Assembly (NCBI GenBank): GCA_031385445.1
Contig: JANNBM010000024.1
Span: 1,616-65,615 of the forward strand
From: Paracoccaceae bacterium
Lineage (GTDB): Bacteria; Pseudomonadota; Alphaproteobacteria; Rhodobacterales; Rhodobacteraceae
Reading direction: 5' to 3'
DNA length: 64,000 nt
Shown: piece by piece, positions 46,665 through 56,084 of the stretch
How the letters are laid out: each line of letters starts with the position of its first letter
How positions within the stretch are numbered: the stretch's first letter is position 1
Program-made: the position numbers and the translations under genes
Notes under the pieces: generated by a model
Database searches by the model: none
What the model saw: the letters and a program-made list of their open reading frames with translations, nothing else
What the model was told of the DNA's origin: nothing

Positions 46665-48314
46665 ATGCACGACGATTTCCTAACCAAGGCCCCCTTTCAT
46701 CTGGACGAAGCCGCGATGGCTTGGGTCCGCAGCACCCTTGCCTCTCTGAGCGATGCCGAGAAAATCGGGCAGCTGTTCGTCTTTGCCTCGATGGGATTTG
46801 ACGATGGCGAGGCGGAGCGCTTGGCGGCGCTGAAACCTGCGGGCGTCACCCGGTTTTTCACGCCGCTGGCGGACCGCGAGATTGCCCAGATGGACCGCAT
46901 CCGCGCCGATGCGCGCATCCCCCTGCTGATCAGCGCCGATCTGGAAGGCAGCCGGATGAGCCTTGCCTTTGGCACCGAGGTTCCCAATCCGCTGGCGCTC
47001 GCCGCAGTCGATGATGTGCGGGCCAGCCGCCAGATCGCCCGGATCATGGCCGATGAAGCGGTGGCGATGGGCATCAACTGGTCCTTTACCCCGGTTCTCG
47101 ATATCAACGCCGCCTTTCGCAGCGCCATTGTCGCCACGCGCGGGTTCGGCTCGGACGTTGACCGGATCGAAGGCCAAGCGCTGGCGCAGATCGACGAATT
47201 TCAAAAGGCGGGGCTGGCGGCCACGGTGAAACACTGGCCCGGCGAAGGGCATGACGACCGCGATCAGCATCTGCTGACCACCATCAATCCGCTGAGCATG
47301 GACGATTGGAACGCCAGCCACGGGCGCCTGTACCGCGCGGCGATTGCCGCCGGGGTGCTGTCGGTGATGTCGGCCCATATCGCCTTTCCCGCCTATATGA
47401 AGGCGCAAGGCGTGACCGGGCTGGAATGCTATCGCCCGGCCAGCGTCAACCGCGCCTTGAACCTGGGCCTCCTGCGCGGCGAGCTTGGGTTCAACGGGCT
47501 GATCGTTTCGGATGCCACGCCGATGGCGGGCCTTGGGTCTTGGGGGCCCTATGCAAAGACCCTGCCCGAGGTGATCGCAAACGGCTGCGATCTGATCCTG
47601 TTCGCGCCCGAGCCGGAAAAGGCCGTCGGCTATGTCACGGCGGCGGTGGCGGATGGCCGCATCAGCCCGGCCCGCCTGACCGAGGCGTTGATCCGCGTTT
47701 TGGGCCTGAAGGCGGCGCTTGGCCTGCACAAAGGCACCCAACCCGCGCAGGTCGTGGCAACGCCGCAAAGCCGCGCCGCCGCTCGCGCCATCACGGCCCG
47801 CGCCCCGGTTCTGGAAAAGGATGTCGCAAAGCTGTTCCCCATTTCGCCCCAACGTCACCGCCGCGTGCTGATCGCCAGCACCGGGGTGATTTCGCCGATT
47901 CACGGCACATCAGAGCTGTCCCTGCCGCAGATGATGCGGGACGAAGGGTTTGAGGTGACGGTTTTTGTCGGCAACGGCGCGATGCCGGACCCAAAAAGCT
48001 TTGATCTGATGCTCTACGTTCTGGCCGAAGAAACCCTGCTGACGCGGGGCCGCATCTTCTTTGACTGGGCCAGGATCAGCGGCAATTTCCACGCCGGCAT
48101 GGCCCGGCACTGGGGCGAGGTGCCAACGGCGATGATCAGCTTTGGCTATCCCTATTATCTGTACGACGCCCCCCGGATGCCCACCAGCGTCAACGCTTTT
48201 TGCACCATGGACAGCATGCAATCGGCGGTGCTTGATTGTATGCTTGGCCGGGCACCGTGGAACAAGACCAGCCCGGTCGATGCGTTTTGCGGGCTGGAAG
48301 ATGCCCGCTATTGA
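46665..48314 (+). CDS. glycoside hydrolase family 3 N-terminal-domain protein (NagZ-like)
   Basis: 549 aa. LISADLEG, NWSFTPVLDIN, KHWPGEGHDDRDQH and GLIVSDA are GH3 catalytic-domain motifs. Confidence 0.75.
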   Translation: MHDDFLTKAPFHLDEAAMAWVRSTLASLSDAEKIGQLFVFASMGFDDGEAERLAALKPAGVTRFFTPLADREIAQMDRIRADARIPLLISADLEGSRMSLAFGTEVPNPLALAAVDDVRASRQIARIMADEAVAMGINWSFTPVLDINAAFRSAIVATRGFGSDVDRIEGQALAQIDEFQKAGLAATVKHWPGEGHDDRDQHLLTTINPLSMDDWNASHGRLYRAAIAAGVLSVMSAHIAFPAYMKAQGVTGLECYRPASVNRALNLGLLRGELGFNGLIVSDATPMAGLGSWGPYAKTLPEVIANGCDLILFAPEPEKAVGYVTAAVADGRISPARLTEALIRVLGLKAALGLHKGTQPAQVVATPQSRAAARAITARAPVLEKDVAKLFPISPQRHRRVLIASTGVISPIHGTSELSLPQMMRDEGFEVTVFVGNGAMPDPKSFDLMLYVLAEETLLTRGRIFFDWARISGNFHAGMARHWGEVPTAMISFGYPYYLYDAPRMPTSVNAFCTMDSMQSAVLDCMLGRAPWNKTSPVDAFCGLEDARY

Positions 48315-48332
48315 CCCTTGAAAGGACCGCCC

Positions 48333-49100
48333 ATGCCTATTGACCAGATCACCCTTGCTGGACGGGCGGTGCGGCTGGCGGTGCTGATTGACGCCGATAA
48401 CGTGCGCGCTTCGGCTGCCGAGGCGATCCTGAACGAGATCGCCAGCTACGGCGATCCCAGCCTGCGCCGGGTTTATGGCGACTGGTCCAGCGCTGCGCTG
48501 ACCCAGTGGAAAGAACAGGCGCGCAATCTGGGTCTGGTGATGCATCAGCAATCGGCCAACACCAAAGGCAAGAACGCCAGCGACATCGGCCTTGTGATCG
48601 ACGCGATGGACATTCTGCACGCGGGCAAGGTGGACGGGTTTGTGCTTGTCTCGTCCGACAGCGATTTCACAAGGCTTGCCAGCCGCATCCGCGAGGACGG
48701 CTTGCAGGTGATCGGCATCGGCGAAGCCAAGACGCCCGAAAGCCTGCGCAAGGTGTGCAACCGGTTCGTGCTGATCGAAAACATCGTCAGCGCCCTTGAT
48801 CCAGACCCCCGCCCGCGCAAAGCCGCAGAACCCGCGCGCGCCGAAAAGGCCGAAGCGCCCGCATCAAAACGCCCGGCAATCGAAGCCATTCCGCTGATCC
48901 TTGATGCGATGAAAAAGATCGACGCCGATCAGGATTGGTATTCGCTGGGTCAGCTTGGCCAGTTCATGACCCAGCTTTACCCCGATTTCGACAGCCGCAG
49001 TTACGGCAGCGCCAAACTCTCGGACCTACTGCGCAAAATCCCAAGGTTCGAGGTGGCGAAGGGGCAGGGCAATGACGTTCAGGTGCGCGACAAGGCTTAA
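48333..49100 (+). CDS. NYN (LabA-like) nuclease domain fused to OST-HTH/LOTUS domain
   Basis: 255 aa from ATG 48333. RLAVLIDADN..RRVYGDWS..KNASDIGLVIDAMD..DGFVLVSSDSDFTRL is the NYN part. The C-terminal DWYSLGQLGQFMTQLYPDFDSRSYGSAKLSDLLRKIPRFEV is the LOTUS part. Confidence 0.8.
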   Translation: MPIDQITLAGRAVRLAVLIDADNVRASAAEAILNEIASYGDPSLRRVYGDWSSAALTQWKEQARNLGLVMHQQSANTKGKNASDIGLVIDAMDILHAGKVDGFVLVSSDSDFTRLASRIREDGLQVIGIGEAKTPESLRKVCNRFVLIENIVSALDPDPRPRKAAEPARAEKAEAPASKRPAIEAIPLILDAMKKIDADQDWYSLGQLGQFMTQLYPDFDSRSYGSAKLSDLLRKIPRFEVAKGQGNDVQVRDKA

Positions 49101-49579
49101 GGCGTCAATTCCACCGTCGCCCAGGTTTCAAAGCACACCCCGCCCGCCAGCGCCATGACGCCAATCGTGGCGCGCCCGCCAAGGCCGCGCTCGGGGCCGA
49201 ACACTTGGACCAACAGGTCGGACAGCCCGGAGGAGACTTTGTACACATCCTCGTATTCCGGCGTGCAGACCACGAAATTCAGCGTGCGGATGATGGATTT
49301 CACCCGGTCCAATGACCCCACCGCCTGCTTGATCCCGCCCAGCACATTCAGCCCGGTTTGCCGGGCGGCGGCATAGCCCTGCTCGGTGGTCAAATCTGCG
49401 CCGAGACGGCCCCTATGGGTAATCTGGGTGCCAATCTGCGCGACATGGCCGGACAAAAACAGCAGGTTGCCGACAAGGTGATAGGGTTTCATTGTGCCAT
49501 AATCCGCACCGTAATAGCCCGTCTCGTCAAAGTCGGGGAGGTCCAGCCCTATTCGGATCGCCAATTCTTCCGGTGACAT
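49097..49579 (-). CDS. RidA/YjgF family protein
   Basis: 160 aa from ATG 49579. GNLLFLSGHV..QTGLNVLGGIK..RATIGV..LAGGVCFE fits the RidA-like fold pattern. Confidence 0.7.
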   Translation of the reverse strand: MSPEELAIRIGLDLPDFDETGYYGADYGTMKPYHLVGNLLFLSGHVAQIGTQITHRGRLGADLTTEQGYAAARQTGLNVLGGIKQAVGSLDRVKSIIRTLNFVVCTPEYEDVYKVSSGLSDLLVQVFGPERGLGGRATIGVMALAGGVCFETWATVELTP

Positions 49580-49616
49580 CGCCCCCCCCATCGCGCCTCT
49601 GCGGATCACGCCCGCC

Positions 49617-50321
49617 TCAAATCATCCGGATCAGGTCCTTGCCGACCGCCAGCATATAGCCCTTCCGCGCGATGGTTTTAACGAGCAGCTCGCTGACCAG
49701 CTGATTGCCCAGCGAATCGCGCAAGCGCTTCACCCGTGTTGCGCCCGCCGCCTCATCGCAGTCTACCGCGTTGCGCCCCGAAATCACCGCTTCCAGCTGC
49801 GCCCCGGTCAGCACCTCGTCGTCCATCCGTGCTTCGGCCAGAACCGCCAGCGTTTCAAGCGCCGCCTCGGTCAACGCAAATTCCAGATCGTTGATGTAAA
49901 CCACCCGCGCCTCGCGGCTGATCACCATCGACGACACCGTGATCCCCGACCGCTGAATCGCCGAAATCCGCCGGTTCAGCGCGATGATGGTGATCAAAAA
50001 CACCATTGCCGCCAGCAACAGCGCGGTCGCGAACACCAAGAGGACGAAGATCACGACACGGTAACTTTGCAGCACCTCGGAAAACGAGGTGCCGGTCTGC
50101 GCCAAAATTTCGAGCAACTTGAGTTCAGCCGCCGTGGTCAGATCATCATTCTCGGCGAAAATCTGTTCGACCCGCGCGTTGAACGCATTGGCATCCGGCA
50201 GGTTCAGAAACAAAAACACCGCTGCCGCCAAAAGGATCAGGACGATTGCAGCGATGCCATAATTTACAACGCGGTTGCCCGCCTTGAGACTGTCAGTAAC
50301 GGAGGAAGTAGGCTCCGGCAC
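49617..50321 (-). CDS. membrane-anchored OmpR/PhoB-type winged-helix DNA-binding protein (two TM helices, no receiver domain)
   Basis: 234 aa with a GTG start and AAGGAAAG upstream. TM1 is YGIAAIVLILLAAAVFLFL and TM2 is VVIFVLLVFATALLLAAMVFLITIIAL. The C-terminal RVVYINDLEFALTEAALETLAVLAE..ATRVKRLRDSLG..LVKTIARKGYML fits Trans_reg_C. Confidence 0.65.
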   Translation of the reverse strand: MPEPTSSVTDSLKAGNRVVNYGIAAIVLILLAAAVFLFLNLPDANAFNARVEQIFAENDDLTTAAELKLLEILAQTGTSFSEVLQSYRVVIFVLLVFATALLLAAMVFLITIIALNRRISAIQRSGITVSSMVISREARVVYINDLEFALTEAALETLAVLAEARMDDEVLTGAQLEAVISGRNAVDCDEAAGATRVKRLRDSLGNQLVSELLVKTIARKGYMLAVGKDLIRMI

Positions 50322-50580
50322 TCTCTTTCCTTTCGTCCAAACCCTCGGGCCCGAAGAACCCGATAATCTTGATCAGCGTCCAGCCGTCGGTGCCAAGTCG
50401 TGGCTCCAGATCGGCGCGGGCCGCCTTTTTGTCATTGCAAAGATCATCCGTTATCTGCGCCACACCATAAGAGAAGCGCAAAGGATCATCCTGCTTTGCC
50501 TTGTAATCAAGATAGCAGTCTGCCCGCGCTGGCAAGGCCAGAGCAAGCAGGACCAGCAAAGATGTGAACAGGCGCACCAT
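50293..50580 (-). CDS. small exported protein (75-aa mature form, two Cys)
   Basis: 95 aa. Perfect SD AAGGAGG 5 nt upstream. Signal peptide MVRLFTSLLVLLALALPARA|DC. It overlaps the next gene by 29 nt. No family recognised. Confidence 0.6.
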   Translation of the reverse strand: MVRLFTSLLVLLALALPARADCYLDYKAKQDDPLRFSYGVAQITDDLCNDKKAARADLEPRLGTDGWTLIKIIGFFGPEGLDERKESAGAYFLRY

Positions 50581-50762
50581 CGGGGCCTCCTTTCGTTGTC
50601 TGCAATCTGCCCGTCTATCTGGCGATATACAATAACCGCCGCATAAACCCGGATTTGCTATCGCATAACATCCCCGCGTTATTGCGCGACTTGGCCCCCC
50701 GGCACCATCCTTGGCCCAAGATCAGCACATTCCAGCTGACACAAAAATAGAAGGAGGCAGAC

Positions 50763-51047
50763 ATGAAACTTGACCTGACCTACCACGAGCAATTTCGTCC
50801 GACTTTCCCCACGGGCGGAAAACCGAAAGTGGGCCTGCTGCCCGGATTGACCGCCCTCACGATCATGGGGTTGGTGGGTCTGCTTTCGGTCCTGCCCGCC
50901 AAAGCCTCGGTCTATCCCGGCTTTGGCTGGGTGGAGGCCACCGGAACCGTCGGCGCGCAGGCCGACAATCTGCGCACTGACGCCTGCAATATCGGCGCGG
51001 CGGTCGTCCAAGGCGTGGCGCCGATTTGCGTGATGATCCTGAGATAA
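50763..51047 (+). CDS. small signal-anchored or secreted protein (two Cys in the C-terminal part)
   Basis: 94 aa. Perfect SD AAGGAGG 5 nt upstream. Hydrophobic segment LLPGLTALTIMGLVGLLSVLPAKA after a 24-aa polar N-region. No family recognised. Confidence 0.55.
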   Translation: MKLDLTYHEQFRPTFPTGGKPKVGLLPGLTALTIMGLVGLLSVLPAKASVYPGFGWVEATGTVGAQADNLRTDACNIGAAVVQGVAPICVMILR

Positions 51048-51101
51048 GATCCGCACTTGGCACTTGTCCGGCAGGTCCGCTCGGTGCAAAACCGCCGCAC
51101 G

Positions 51102-51744
51102 ATGGCAGTCCCGAAACTCACCGCCGATTTCAGCTTTGAAACCGCCGCTTTCGCGCGGGGGTATCTGGTTGTCGCCGGGGTGGACGAGGTTGGCCGCGGA
51201 CCGCTTGCCGGGCCGGTCATGGCCGCCGCCGTCATTCTGAACCCCTCGTGCATCCCTCTCGGCCTCGCCGATTCCAAAACCCTGACAGCGGCCCGCCGCG
51301 AAAGCCTGTTCATCGAAATCTCGGCCACCGCGCAGATCTCGCTCGGCTCTGCTTCGGTCGAGGAAATTGACCAGCTGAACATCCTGCGCGCCAGCCATCT
51401 GGCGATGGAGCGCGCCGTTGCGGGCCTGCCCCGCGCGCCGGATCATTTGCTGATCGACGGGAACCTGATCCCGCAAGCCTTGCGCGGCCGCGCCGAAGCG
51501 ATCGTGAAGGGCGACGCCAAATCCCTGTCCATCGCCGCCGCCTCGATCATCGCCAAAGTCACGCGCGACCGGCTCATGGTGGATTTGGCGCAACAATACC
51601 CCGGTTACGGCTGGCAGGTGAACGCAGGCTATCCAACCCCGGCCCACCGCCAAGCGCTTCTAGATTTGGGCGTAACCGCCGTTCATAGACGTTCGTTTCG
51701 CCCCGTCCACAACATCTTGTATCAAGACAAATCTGTAAGTGGTT

Positions 51745-51746
<2 letters not shown>
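51102..51746 (+). CDS. rnhB: ribonuclease HII
   Basis: 214 aa from ATG 51102. [15 protein letters not shown] and DSKTLT are the RNase HII catalytic motifs. Confidence 0.9.
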
Positions 51747-52959
<1,213 letters not shown>

Positions 52960-53010
52960 CCCCCCCCTTCAAAGTTTACGCCGTGCCATGGTCCGCCTGC
53001 GGCACCACTG

Positions 53011-53041
53011 CCCCGCCATGTTCGCATGGCGGGGCCTTTTC
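53011..53041 (+). terminator. rho-independent terminator after ccrM
   Basis: Perfect 10-bp stem CCCCGCCATG / CATGGCGGGG with a TTCG loop, then CCTTTTC. Confidence 0.8.
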
Positions 53042-53110
53042 GCATACCCCCCCTTTTCCTTGCCCGATCTCGGCCGTTTGGACTCTGTTGCAAGGCCCGG
53101 CACTTAACCC

Positions 53111-53977
53111 ATGACAAACGGCCTTGTTTTCCATCCACTTTACCTGCGGCACAACACCGGCAACGCCGCGATGTCTATCCGTCCCGCCTGTCGGTCCAAC
53201 CGGGCGAGCAAGCCGAAAACCCGGAAACCAAGCGCCGGATGAAAAATCTGCTCGGCGTTTCGGGCCTGTCGCACCGTCTGATCGCCCTCAAACTCCGCCC
53301 CGCCACCGAAGAACTCGCCCGCTTTCGCGCCCGCGCCCAGATCGCCCAGATCAAGGCGATGAGCGATAATGGCGGCGATGCCAGCGCGTTGCCCCCCCTT
53401 TGGCGCGATTGTGGCGACAGGGGCGGCGCGGCGCTGTCACCAACGCCTTCGCGCTGATCCGCCCGCCCGGCCATCACGCGCTTGTCGATCTGGGCATGGG
53501 GTTTTGCCTCTTTGCCAACGCAGTGATCGCCGTCCATGACGGCCGCGCGGTCCACGGCCTTGGCCGTTTCGCCGGCGTCAATCGGGATGATCACCGCGGC
53601 AACGAAACGCAAGCCGCGTTCCATGACAATCCCCAAACCCTGACCATTTCGCGGTACGGCGACACGCTGCTTCCCGCCAACTTCGGCAGATTGGCCGAGC
53701 GCGGCACGGGCGCAGGGACCGCTGCAACCTGCACATCCCCCTTCCCCCCCCCGGCAGCGGCGACGCCGCTTTTCTGAAGGCGATCCGCCGCGTGGTTCAG
53801 TCTGCAGGGCGGATCATGATGACCCACGAGGGCGCCTTTCCGGCGCAATACATGCCCAATTGCGGGCTGGCCGTGCTGGACACCTCAGCGGCATTTCCAG
53901 CGGCGTCGCGGGCCCGTTTACAGATCTGCGGCTGGACCATAGCTATCAGGCCCGGCAACCTTTTCGATCAGCGGTGA
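53111..53977 (+). pseudogene. decayed histone-deacetylase-superfamily (acetylpolyamine/HDAH-like amidohydrolase) gene
   Basis: Family-like segments are spread over three frames. MTNGLVFHPLYLRHNTG is in frame 2. VQPGEQAENPETKRRMKNLLGVSGL..ATEEL is in frame 1. NAFALIRPPGHHA..GMGFCLFANAVIA..DDHRGNETQ is in frame 3. NIPLPPPGSGDAAFLKAIRRVV then GRIMMTHEGAF are in frame 2. The catalytic DVHHGNGTQ is mutated, and an internal stretch before the EGG-type C-terminal motif is missing. Confidence 0.7.
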
Positions 53978-54075
53978 TCAATGCGGCGGCGGAAACGGTG
54001 GCGGGTGGGGGGCAGGGCGGCACTGGGGCCTGACTTCAAGCGGAAAGCCTTGGCACTGCCGAGCATCACCGCGCC

Positions 54076-54555
54076 TCAGCCCCTCCGCGCGGCTTCGATG
54101 GTGGCCACGTCGATCTTGCCCATCTGCATCATCGCCGCAAAGGCGCGGGCCGCCTGATCGCCGCCTGCCGCCATGGCCTCCGACAAAGTGCGCGGCGTGA
54201 TCTGCCAGGATACGCCCCACTTGTCCTTGCACCAGCCGCAGAAGCTTTCCATCCCGCCATTGCCAACGATCGCATTCCAGTACCGGTCTGTTTCCGCTTG
54301 ATCCTCCGTCATGATCTGAAAAGAAAACGCCTCACTTTGCTTAAAAGCCGACCCGCCGTTCAGCCCAAGACAGGCCACGCCGCAAACCGTAAATTCCACG
54401 GTCAAAACCGCGCCTTCCTTGCTGGATGGATTGTCGAGCGGCGCCCGCATCACCGCGCCGACCGCGCTTTGCGGGAACACTTGCGCATAAAACCGCGCTG
54501 CCGCCTCGGCCTCGGTGTCATACCAGATGCAAATCGTATTTTTCGCAGAAGCCAT
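54076..54555 (-). CDS. VOC family protein (PhnB / YjdN-like, 3-demethylubiquinone methyltransferase-like fold)
   Basis: 159 aa from ATG 54555. ICIWYDTEAEAAARFYAQVF, LGLNGGSAFKQSEAFSFQI and CGWCKDKWGVSWQITP are family-typical. Confidence 0.8.
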   Translation of the reverse strand: MASAKNTICIWYDTEAEAAARFYAQVFPQSAVGAVMRAPLDNPSSKEGAVLTVEFTVCGVACLGLNGGSAFKQSEAFSFQIMTEDQAETDRYWNAIVGNGGMESFCGWCKDKWGVSWQITPRTLSEAMAAGGDQAARAFAAMMQMGKIDVATIEAARRG

Positions 54556-54704
54556 CTTGCCCCCTCCCGACATGCGCCGCACAAGACGCGCGCTCGCTAC
54601 AACCCGCAGGCCATCCCACGACTGGTGGGAGTGCGCCCGATCACTTTGGGGCGTTTTTTGTCCGTGTGTTTTGGATCCGCATCATGGCGCGCCTCTCGCC
54701 CTCT

Positions 54705-54980
54705 TCAGTCGTTGATGTCCTTGTGCCAGATCTTCACCTGCCCCTCGCGCACCCCCATGAACCGCCGCAGGCACAGCCAGGCCAGAACCGAGATCACTGC
54801 GAAGACCATCAGCATCGCCGGCGGTCCGCCGATCAGCACGCCAACGCCGATCAGAATCCCGATGCAAACCGCGCCGATAGCGAAGCCCAAAAAGATGAAT
54901 CCCGGCACCAACACTTCCAAAACGCCAAGCGCAAAGCCCGCGACGATCCAGACCCACCAAAGATCAAACATGGCCATCAT
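54705..54980 (-). CDS. NfeD-like small membrane protein
   Basis: 91 aa with two or three helices and a short soluble tail (GQVKIWHKDIND). ATGA overlap with the SPFH gene, the usual SPFH-NfeD pairing. Confidence 0.7.
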   Translation of the reverse strand: MMAMFDLWWVWIVAGFALGVLEVLVPGFIFLGFAIGAVCIGILIGVGVLIGGPPAMLMVFAVISVLAWLCLRRFMGVREGQVKIWHKDIND

Positions 54981-55858
54981 CCCCGCCCTTTGAGCATCTT
55001 GAACGCGTCGCCAAACGCTTCAAGCGCTTGCGTCGGCACCAGGATCATCTGCTTGCCGTCGCCCGACCCCACCTTGGTCAGCGCCTCAACCTGCTTCAGC
55101 GCCAACTGGTATTGCACCGCTTCAATCCCGCTCGCCTGAATGGCCGCCGCAATCGCCGTGGTGGCGTAGGCCTCGGCGTCCGCCGTGATCCGCTTGGCCT
55201 TGGCCTGCTGCTCGGCCGCGTACAGATCAGCGTCCGCCGACAGCTCCACCGATCGCCGATTGCCCTCCGCCTCCGTCACCTGCGCCCGACGCGCCCGCTC
55301 GGCATTCAGCTGCTGCAGCATCGCCATCCGGGTCTGCTCGTCCAGCGATACATCCAGCAGTTCCGCCCGCGTCACCTCGATCCCCCAGTCCTCGACCATC
55401 ACCGCAACCTGCTCGCGCACCTTGAAGATCAGCTCGGTCCGGTTCGACTGCACCTGATCCAGCTCCAGCTTGCCAATCTCAGACCGCACGATCCCTGCCA
55501 CCGTCGTCGCGATCGCGCCGTCGACTTCGCGGATCCGGTACACCGTCTTTTCCGGCTCGATGATGCGGTAAAACACGCTCGTCTCGACCTTCACCAGCAC
55601 GTTATCGGCCGTAATCGCGTCTTGATGCGCGTTCGGCAACTGGCGTTCTAGCACGGAAATCTTGTGCCGGACCCGGTCCAGAAACGGCACGATAAAGTTG
55701 ATCCCCGGCCCAAGAACCGACCGCAGCCGCCCAAACCGTTCGACCACAAACTTCTCGGACTGCGGCACGATCCGCACCCCCAGGAAAATGCACAAAATGA
55801 TAAAGGCCGCGATGGCCAAAAAGACTGCGTTCCCGCCCATGATCTGTCCAATCGTCAT
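54977..55858 (-). CDS. SPFH/band-7 (stomatin/QmcA-like) protein
   Basis: 293 aa from ATG 55858. One N-terminal helix, then VPQSEKFVVERFGRLRSVLGPGINFIVPFLDRV..ITADNVLVKVETSVFYRI. The longer ORF to 56350 has no family similarity. Confidence 0.9.
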   Translation of the reverse strand: MTIGQIMGGNAVFLAIAAFIILCIFLGVRIVPQSEKFVVERFGRLRSVLGPGINFIVPFLDRVRHKISVLERQLPNAHQDAITADNVLVKVETSVFYRIIEPEKTVYRIREVDGAIATTVAGIVRSEIGKLELDQVQSNRTELIFKVREQVAVMVEDWGIEVTRAELLDVSLDEQTRMAMLQQLNAERARRAQVTEAEGNRRSVELSADADLYAAEQQAKAKRITADAEAYATTAIAAAIQASGIEAVQYQLALKQVEALTKVGSGDGKQMILVPTQALEAFGDAFKMLKGRG

Positions 55859-56084
55859 CGCAAACCCTCCGTCAAAATCCCTCTTGTAACATGGCCCCTC
55901 CCTGCCGCGTTCGCAAGCCCAACGCGCCGAGCCCCCCCAACCCCCACCCCCGAGTGCCGACGGGTGCGGCAATCCTTCATCGCCGTTGCACCCAAAGCCT
56001 GAAGTGCGCGGCCTCTGCCCGATTGCGCTGCGCCGTGCGTGCGGGTATTTTGCGGCAGGGATGAAGTTTGAAGAGAGCGGGCAG

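Noticed and set aside
49582-49589. C8/G8 homopolymer 2 nt upstream of the ridA start, and similar runs at 46093-46100 and 40724-40730, as possible phase-variation switches.
   Set aside because: Runs of 7-9 G or C occur repeatedly in this window. These lie outside coding frames and most simply act as G-rich Shine-Dalgarno or spacer sequence. Phase variation cannot be judged without population data.
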